From Bacilli bacterium (lineage in GTDB: Bacteria; Bacillota_I; Bacilli_A; ML615J-28; CAG-698), in contig JBMNLZ010000002.1 of NCBI GenBank assembly GCA_050953065.1, positions 192,001-256,000 on the forward strand: a stretch of 64,000 nt of DNA. The letters are read 5' to 3'. Every line of letters starts with the position of its first letter. The first letter of the stretch is position 1. This document shows positions 57,695 through 64,000 of the stretch, piece after piece. Under the pieces are notes generated by a model, which saw only the letters and a list, made by a program, of their open reading frames with translations, searched no databases and was not told the DNA's origin. The position numbers and the translations under genes were made by a program.

Positions 57695-60600
57695 ATGAAA
57701 AGAATATTATTGTTTTTTGTTTTATTAGTAGTAGTAGGACTTGCTGGTTGTATGCAAACTAGTAATGTTACTTTAGAATTTCAAAGTAAGGCGTTTACTC
57801 TTGAAGTAGGTGAAACTGTTCAATTGTTACCAACAATTAAAGGAGCAGAAAGTTATACGGTAGTATACAATTCACTAGATCAAACAATTGTATCTGTTAA
57901 TACTGAAGGACTTTTAACAGCTATTAGTGAAGGTACAACTAAAGTTGTAGCGCGTTTAACGGGTGTTGAAAATATTAGGGTAGATGTTGATGTGACAGTT
58001 ATAAAAGGAACTGGGACTGACACACCAACTCCACCTAGTGAAAACAAAACTTTAAGTTTAGTTGTTGCTAATGGCGATAACAACATGATTCAAGAAGAAA
58101 CAATTCAATTAAGATTATTGAGTGGTGTAAACACTTATGCTGGTCAAATTATTTGGATGTCTGGCAATCCAAGTGTTGCAACAGTATCTCCCACTGGTCT
58201 TGTAACAGCAGTTGCAGCAGGGACTGCAACAATTACAGCGATTGCTGGTAGTGAATTTAAAACAATTCAAATTAATGTTGAAGCTAAAGAACAAATAATA
58301 GTTCCTAATATTGAATCTATAACAATTAGTGGTAGCAGTTTTGTAACTGTTGAACAACAAACTACATTAACTGTAACAGATAATACAGGTAATGTTGCTA
58401 GAGTTATTTGGGTTGCAGATACTCCACATGTAGCAACAATTAATGAAATGGGTGTTGTAACAGGCGTTTCAACTGGTATTGCACAATTTACAGCTAAGGC
58501 TCAAGGTAGCCAAAATATAACAGCTAGTTATATGATGCTTGTAAAAGAAGCAGACAGTAGTGGTGGTGGCAGCAATATAACTTCAATTGAAGTTACAGGT
58601 GTTGCTGAAATATTAACTGGAAATAAAATGAAATTAAATGTAACATATACTCCTTCAACAGAAGCAGCAACTTTTACTTATACATCAACTAATGAATCTG
58701 TAGCAACAGTTGATGCTGCTGGTTGGGTAACAGGAGTTGGTGGTGGTACTGTTCAAATAGTTGTAACTTTAAATGAAGATACTTCTAAGAGTGCAACATA
58801 TACAGTTACAGTAATCCCATTACCAGAAGGAATTACAATTAGTGGTGCTAATAACGTAAGTTATGGACAAAATATATTATTACAAGCTGCGGCTTATCCT
58901 ATTGGAGCAAGTAGTTTAGTTACTTGGACAAGTAGTAATACTGCAATTGCAACAGTTGATGCAAATGGTAGAGTAACAGGTGTTGCAACTGGTTCTGTAA
59001 CAATTACAGCAACTTCAATCGTATCAAGCACAATTAAAGCAACTCATCAAGTTACAGTTAGTGATGCGATGAATATAACATTAAATCCAACAAGTTTATC
59101 AATTGCTGCAGGTGCAAGTCAAACAATTACTGCAACTGTAATTGCAGCATCACTAACAGATAAATCAGTTGTTTGGAGTAGTAGTAATACTAGTGTTGCA
59201 ACAGTAGATGCAAATGGTAAAGTAACTGGTATTGCTCAAGGTAGCGCAACAATTATCGCTAAACTTAATGCTGATAATAGTATTCAAGCTCAAGCAAGTG
59301 TTACTGTTTCTCAAGCAGCAACTCCTTCAATTTCACTTTCAGATTCAAGTATATCAATAATTACTGGTACAACAAAAACTTTAACAGCAACAGTAAGTAA
59401 TACTAGTAATACAAGTGTTACTTGGAGTAGTAGTAATACTGGTGTTGCAACAGTTTCTAATGGTGTTGTAACAGGCGTTGCAGCAGGTAGTGCAACAATT
59501 ACAGCAACTTCAGTTGCTGATACATCAGTAAAAGCAACATGCGCTGTAACAGTAACAGCAGCTCCAGCAGGAACTCTAACAGTAACGCAAAGCCCAACTG
59601 GAACAATTGCAGTTGGAGCAAGTGGTTATCAAATATATGTAGCCGATTCAAGTGGAACAGCTGTTTCAAGACTTGAATGTACATTTACATCAAGTAACTC
59701 AAGTGTTGCAACAGTTTCAGCATATGGAACAATTTCAGCTTTAGCAAATGGCACTGCAACAATTACAGTAACTCATTCAACAAAAGGAACAGGCTCAATT
59801 GTTTTAACAATTGGATCTGGTGGTGGGACAACTCCTCCAGTTAATCCTCCAGCAGGAAGCCTAACAGTAACACAAAGCCCAACTGGAACAATTGCAGTTG
59901 GAGCAAGTGGTTATCAATTATATATTTCAGATTCAAACGGTAGTATCTCAAGAACTGAATGTACATTTACATCAAGTAATAGTAGTGTTGCAACAGTTTC
60001 TTCATACGGAACAATTTCAGCTTTAGCAGCTGGTACTGCAACAATTACAGTATCTCACCCAACAAAAGGAACAGGCTCAATTACTTTAACAGTTGGCGGT
60101 GGTGGCACAACACCTCCTCCATCATCAGGAGCTGATTATCCTCAACATATCATTGTAGATAAAGCAAGTACTTATACTGGTACATTTAGTAATGTTCAAT
60201 TATCAGGTAGTAAATTAGTGTTAAGCAGTGGTGCAACTTCAGGAACTTATACTTCTAAACAATTTTCTAGTGCAATATCGTTTACTAAAATGGTTGGTTC
60301 GTGGTCTGCAACTTACCCTGCTACAAGTGCTACAGTTGAAGTTCAATTTAGATTAAAGATTGGTTCAACTTGGACAAGTTATTTATCTTATAGACAATGG
60401 GCTAAAGGAAAAACAAATTCAGCTGTTGATACATCAGTTAGTGGTGCTAAGATTAGTTGTGATGAAATCTATACAACAGGATCTGCTGCAACAGGCTTCC
60501 AATATACAGTTACACTTAGAAGAGCATCAGCAACTTCTTCAAGCCCTCAATTATCACTGGTTGCTGCAACATTATATAACTCAGGAAGAAACACAGCTTC

Positions 60601-61132
60601 TATTTATGATGTTACACAATATCCTACTTCAAAAGTTTATTCAGTAGAACGTCTATATCAATATAGTGTATCAGGAATTGGTGGTATTATATGTAGTCCT
60701 ACAACTTCAACAATGTTATTGAAATGGAAAGGTGCTACAGCATTTGGTGGATATACTTATCCTCATCAATACATTGCAGGTATTGCATATGATTCAGGTT
60801 CAAAAATTTATGGTAACTGGACATATAACTGTGCAACAATTGGATCTTATGGTTATAATAGTTATGTTAGAATGATGTATTCTTATCAAGAATTAGTAAG
60901 ACATTTAGCATATGTTGGACCAGTTGGTGTAAGTGTACAAGGTACAGTAGCAGGTAGTCAAGGAAGTTATTATACAAACGGACACTTAATGGTTGTTAGA
61001 GGTTATAGTAGAAGTGGTACTTCTGTAACATTTAATATTAACGACCCAGCTAAGAATGTAGCTTATACTATGACATCAACTCAACTTATGAATTGTTGGT
61101 CTGCTAAGAAAGTTGCATATATTGTAGAATAA
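57695..61132 (+). CDS. Surface lipoprotein with multiple Big_2 Ig-like repeats and a C-terminal C39-like (papain-fold) peptidase
   Basis: Lipobox LAGC; about nine W.SSN..VATV...G.VTGV-type repeats; catalytic ICSPTT, GHLMVVRGY, INDPA. Confidence 0.85.
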   Translation: MKRILLFFVLLVVVGLAGCMQTSNVTLEFQSKAFTLEVGETVQLLPTIKGAESYTVVYNSLDQTIVSVNTEGLLTAISEGTTKVVARLTGVENIRVDVDVTVIKGTGTDTPTPPSENKTLSLVVANGDNNMIQEETIQLRLLSGVNTYAGQIIWMSGNPSVATVSPTGLVTAVAAGTATITAIAGSEFKTIQINVEAKEQIIVPNIESITISGSSFVTVEQQTTLTVTDNTGNVARVIWVADTPHVATINEMGVVTGVSTGIAQFTAKAQGSQNITASYMMLVKEADSSGGGSNITSIEVTGVAEILTGNKMKLNVTYTPSTEAATFTYTSTNESVATVDAAGWVTGVGGGTVQIVVTLNEDTSKSATYTVTVIPLPEGITISGANNVSYGQNILLQAAAYPIGASSLVTWTSSNTAIATVDANGRVTGVATGSVTITATSIVSSTIKATHQVTVSDAMNITLNPTSLSIAAGASQTITATVIAASLTDKSVVWSSSNTSVATVDANGKVTGIAQGSATIIAKLNADNSIQAQASVTVSQAATPSISLSDSSISIITGTTKTLTATVSNTSNTSVTWSSSNTGVATVSNGVVTGVAAGSATITATSVADTSVKATCAVTVTAAPAGTLTVTQSPTGTIAVGASGYQIYVADSSGTAVSRLECTFTSSNSSVATVSAYGTISALANGTATITVTHSTKGTGSIVLTIGSGGGTTPPVNPPAGSLTVTQSPTGTIAVGASGYQLYISDSNGSISRTECTFTSSNSSVATVSSYGTISALAAGTATITVSHPTKGTGSITLTVGGGGTTPPPSSGADYPQHIIVDKASTYTGTFSNVQLSGSKLVLSSGATSGTYTSKQFSSAISFTKMVGSWSATYPATSATVEVQFRLKIGSTWTSYLSYRQWAKGKTNSAVDTSVSGAKISCDEIYTTGSAATGFQYTVTLRRASATSSSPQLSLVAATLYNSGRNTASIYDVTQYPTSKVYSVERLYQYSVSGIGGIICSPTTSTMLLKWKGATAFGGYTYPHQYIAGIAYDSGSKIYGNWTYNCATIGSYGYNSYVRMMYSYQELVRHLAYVGPVGVSVQGTVAGSQGSYYTNGHLMVVRGYSRSGTSVTFNINDPAKNVAYTMTSTQLMNCWSAKKVAYIVE
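59564..60120 (+). repeat. Intragenic duplication of a variant Ig-like module, period 285 bp
   Basis: CCAGCAGGA...CAAAGCCCAACTGGAACAATTGCAGTTGGAGCAAGTGGTTATCAA starts at 59564 and 59849. Confidence 0.9.
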
Positions 61133-61144
61133 TTAATTAAAATA

Positions 61145-61183
61145 AAAAGGAATATTTCTTTTAAGAAATATTCCTCTTTTTTT
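61145..61183. terminator. Bidirectional terminator
   Basis: AGGAATATTTCTT-TT-AAGAAATATTCCT with flanking A/T runs. Confidence 0.85.
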
Positions 61184-61185
61184 AT

Positions 61186-61608
61186 TTATAATGTTTTTTC
61201 CATACTTTTATGTTCAGTGTTAGCTTCAATATAGACTTTGCTAGTAGTAATAAAACCTAGACTTTCATAGAATTTAATGGCACCAACTTGAGCACTAATT
61301 TTAATTTTTACACATTTCTTTTTTTTACAAAATTTAATTACTGCTTCCATTAAAGCTTGTCCTACTTTATGACGCCTATATTCTTTTAAAACACAAATTC
61401 TACTAGCTTTAGCATAATCATCAATTAACTTTACTCTAGCAGTTCCTACTGCTTTTTTATTTAAATAGGCAATAAAAACAGTTTGGTTTAATTCATCTAA
61501 ATCAAATTCTAAATCAAAGGCTACATTTTGTTCTTTAACAAACACTTCTTTTCTAATTAAAAAACAATCCATTAATTCTTTAGCACTTTTTACAAGTTTT
61601 ACTTTCAT
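61186..61608 (-). CDS. GNAT N-acetyltransferase (ElaA/YjcF-like)
   Basis: IRKEVFVKEQ, RICVLKEYR..VG, AQ, FYESLGF, EANTEH. Confidence 0.9.
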   Translation of the reverse strand: MKVKLVKSAKELMDCFLIRKEVFVKEQNVAFDLEFDLDELNQTVFIAYLNKKAVGTARVKLIDDYAKASRICVLKEYRRHKVGQALMEAVIKFCKKKKCVKIKISAQVGAIKFYESLGFITTSKVYIEANTEHKSMEKTL

Positions 61609-62426
61609 GTTAACACCACATAAAGAATGACTAGAATTGAAACTATTAAGCAATAAAATCCAAAGTATTTAAAATTATCTTTTTTGACTAATTTAAAAAA
61701 CCATTTTAATGAAAAAAACGTTGCGATAATACTAGCAAGAAATGCTAGTGTGTAACCTAAAACGTGAATTGATTCAAGACCATTTTTTAAAATATTATAA
61801 CAACCAAGTCCAAAGCTTGCAATACTGATTGGAATATACATCATAAATGAAAACCTTAAAGCCGTTGCTAATTCTAATTTTTTTATTACTCCAACTGAAG
61901 TTGTACTTCCTGATCTACTAATTCCAGGTAAAAGTCCAACACATTGACCTAGTCCCATTAATAAAGCATCAGACCATGTAATAGTAGTTCTGATAGCATT
62001 CTTTGAATAATAACTAATATATAAAACTAAAGCTCCAGTAATAAACAAACAAATTCCAACGCTTAATAATGTATTAAAGTTTTCGTTAATAAAATCTTCT
62101 AAAAAAAGTCCTACAATTCCTGCTGGAATTGTTGCTAGAAGTACTAATAAAATATATAAAAATTTACTTTTGTTTTCTTCTTTATTCTCTAAATCTTTTT
62201 TAAAGATAAAGTTAAACGAACCAACAATTAATTCTTTTAACATACTTCTAAAATAAAAGATAATTGCAATCAATGATCCAAAATTAACAATAATTAAAAA
62301 GTTTTCTTCAAAAGTAATTTTAAATATTTCTCTAAAGATTGTTACATGTCCACTAGATGAAATCGGTAAAGGTTCAGTAAAACCTTGGATTAAACCTAGT
62401 AAGAAGTATTTTAGTGCTTCAATCAT
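61605..62426 (-). CDS. uppP: Undecaprenyl-diphosphate phosphatase
   Basis: QGFTEPLPISSSGH, PGISRSGST, RFSFMM. Confidence 0.95.
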   Translation of the reverse strand: MIEALKYFLLGLIQGFTEPLPISSSGHVTIFREIFKITFEENFLIIVNFGSLIAIIFYFRSMLKELIVGSFNFIFKKDLENKEENKSKFLYILLVLLATIPAGIVGLFLEDFINENFNTLLSVGICLFITGALVLYISYYSKNAIRTTITWSDALLMGLGQCVGLLPGISRSGSTTSVGVIKKLELATALRFSFMMYIPISIASFGLGCYNILKNGLESIHVLGYTLAFLASIIATFFSLKWFFKLVKKDNFKYFGFYCLIVSILVILYVVLT

Positions 62427-62618
62427 TTGTTGTTTCTCCTATTTATGTAATAATAGATAACATAATTTATTGTATCGCTAAATGAGAATAATTGCAATAA
62501 TAAAATGATAACGATTTTAAAATTGTAAATATTAATAATAGTTATTTTAAAAAAACTTAAATTGTGGTATAATGTTAATAGTTTTAGAAAATAGAAGAGT
62601 AAAAGGAAGGGAAAAATT

Positions 62619-63014
62619 ATGAATATGAATTTAATTTTAGCTTTAACAAATGACCAATTAGTGTGGGTACTTTTAAGTGCTTTTGTATTACCAGTTTTTG
62701 CTTTGATATTAGTAGCTTTAATTATAAAGTTTGCTAAAACAAAAAAAGGACGTGTTGATTTAACTGTGCCAGATGATCAAAACGAAGTGTTTGAAACTAC
62801 ATATGGAGGAAAAGATAATATAGTAGAAGTAACTAAAGAATTAAGTAGAGTTACAGTAAAAGTTAAAGATTTAGAAAAAGTAGATTTAGAAGCCTTAAAA
62901 GAATTAGGTGCCGATGGAATATTAGTTGCAGGAGATTTGGTTAAATGTTCTTTTAAAGAAAGATCAGAGAACATTTATCAAATATTATTAAATATAAAAG
63001 GTGAAAATAAATGA
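62619..63014 (+). CDS. Single-TM protein with PTS glucose-family EIIB-like domain lacking the catalytic Cys
   Basis: GGKDNIVEVTKELSRVTVKVKDLEKVD..ALKELGADG matches the EIIB fold pattern. Confidence 0.7.
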   Translation: MNMNLILALTNDQLVWVLLSAFVLPVFALILVALIIKFAKTKKGRVDLTVPDDQNEVFETTYGGKDNIVEVTKELSRVTVKVKDLEKVDLEALKELGADGILVAGDLVKCSFKERSENIYQILLNIKGENK

Positions 63015-64000
63015 TTGAACAAAAAGCAATAGATACATTAAGAGTTTTATCAGTAGAAGCTATTTTGAAAGCCTCATCAGGACATCCTGGTATGGCTCTT
63101 GGTGCAGCACCAATTATGCATACTTTGTTTACTAAAGTTTTAAATTTTAATCCTAAAGTAGATAAATGGTTTAATAGAGATAGATTTGTTATGGCAGCAG
63201 GACATGGTTCTAGTTTGCTTTATTCTTGTCTTCATTTAGCAGGTGCAATTACGCTTGATGATTTAAAATCTTTTAGATCTTTAAATAGTATTACTCCAGG
63301 ACATCCTGAACTAAATATCACTCCATGTGTTGATATTAGTAGTGGTCCTTTAGGGCAAGGGATACCTGAGGCGGTTGGGTTTGCAATTGCTGAAAGTTTC
63401 TTAGGGAGTAAATACAATACAGAAAATGTTAAAGTTGTAAATCACTATACATATGTCTTATGTGGTGATGGTGATATGCAAGAAGGCGCTACAATGGAAG
63501 CACTAAGCCTAGCAGGACATTTAGGCCTTAATAAATTAATTGTTTTATATGATTCAAATGATGTTCAATTAGATGGTGCTGTAAGTTTAGCAATGAGTGA
63601 TGATACAAAGAAAAAAATGGAAGCCTTTAATTGGAATTATTTATTTGTTAAAGATGGTAACGATATAAAAGATATTATATCAAAAGTAAAAAAAGCTCAA
63701 AAGAGTAATAAACCAACTTTAATTGAAATTAAAACAGTAATTGGTTATGGCGCTAAAAAAGCAGGATCTTCAGCTGTACATGGTGCTCCACTTGCACTTG
63801 AAGAAGTGCAAGCAATGCGTAAGGCTTTAGGTGGAGAAGAGTTTAGTGTAGCAGATGAAGTATATGAATTATACAAAACAGTTCAAAAGAATGGCTGTAA
63901 GAAATATCGCAAATGGAAAAGAGATATTAAACAATATAAATTTGAAAGTTTTGAAAAATATCAAGAATTTGAAAAAATAATCAACAATGAATTTGCAGTG
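63011..64000 (+). CDS. tkt: Transketolase (runs off the window end)
   Basis: Own translation from ATG 63011: SGHPGMALGAA, NRDRFVMAAGHGS, TPGHPE, GPLGQG, GDGDMQEG, HGAPL. Confidence 0.97.
   Translation, partial: MIEQKAIDTLRVLSVEAILKASSGHPGMALGAAPIMHTLFTKVLNFNPKVDKWFNRDRFVMAAGHGSSLLYSCLHLAGAITLDDLKSFRSLNSITPGHPELNITPCVDISSGPLGQGIPEAVGFAIAESFLGSKYNTENVKVVNHYTYVLCGDGDMQEGATMEALSLAGHLGLNKLIVLYDSNDVQLDGAVSLAMSDDTKKKMEAFNWNYLFVKDGNDIKDIISKVKKAQKSNKPTLIEIKTVIGYGAKKAGSSAVHGAPLALEEVQAMRKALGGEEFSVADEVYELYKTVQKNGCKKYRKWKRDIKQYKFESFEKYQEFEKIINNEFAV

Noticed and set aside
62483-62497. Fur-box-like TGAGAATAATTGCAA upstream of uppP
   Set aside because: Four mismatches to the 7-1-7 consensus in very AT-rich DNA; not significant.
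1606-63417. Short antisense or alternative-frame ORFs in the ORF track (e.g. 1920-2135, 11974-12333, 46157-46459, 57104-57442, 60360-60647, 63232-63417)
   Set aside because: They overlap well-supported genes and lack an SD or recognisable motifs; treated as shadow ORFs.
1-64000. Mycoplasma-type code 4 (TGA = Trp)
   Set aside because: Conserved genes are intact under code 11 with TGG for Trp, and several genes end in TGA, often as ATGA overlaps.
1-64000. tRNA, rRNA, integrase or prophage genes
   Set aside because: No cloverleaf or rRNA-like segments and no recombinase or phage motifs were recognised.

Overview
AT-rich chromosomal window from a low-GC Bacilli/Mollicutes-like anaerobe. Gene content suggests Acholeplasmatales/Izemoplasmatales (inference); TGA is used as a stop, so code 11. 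The housekeeping backbone runs ecfT-truA, znuCB-like, tmk-holB-ricT-rsmI, PFOR, rnj, def, TPP riboswitch-thiT, rpsP-khpA...rimM-trmD...rplS, ccpA, tyrS, trpS, spx, nadK, clpP, T-box-pheST, ispH, efp, coaX, mgtE, uppP, tkt. It is interrupted by accessory islets rich in lipoproteins and BspA-type LRR proteins. The main candidate novel system is two islets, one after tyrS and one after pheT. Each has an upstream lipoprotein gene tightly coupled to a large secreted protein. The N-terminal catalytic heads differ (lipase-like alpha/beta-hydrolase vs S8 subtilase), but about 430 aa of C-terminal scaffold is homologous. In the S8 locus the lipoprotein plus head are visibly GC-richer than the scaffold, as if the cassette was swapped in. 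This is the mirror image of a polymorphic toxin-immunity system. A special 'SR...SSN..VATV..YGT' Ig-like module from that scaffold also occurs twice in a C39-peptidase lipoprotein. Orphan partner-like genes, LRR cap remnants and an IS1634 scar are scattered nearby. Other oddities: cadA with a dead ArsR repressor now leading rimM-trmD, an in-frame TAG in mgtE, a poly-A frameshift behind a LytTR regulator, an EIIB-like protein with Glu in place of the catalytic Cys, and a hairpin-shortened RBS on trpS. All family calls come from motif recognition by eye; no searches were run.
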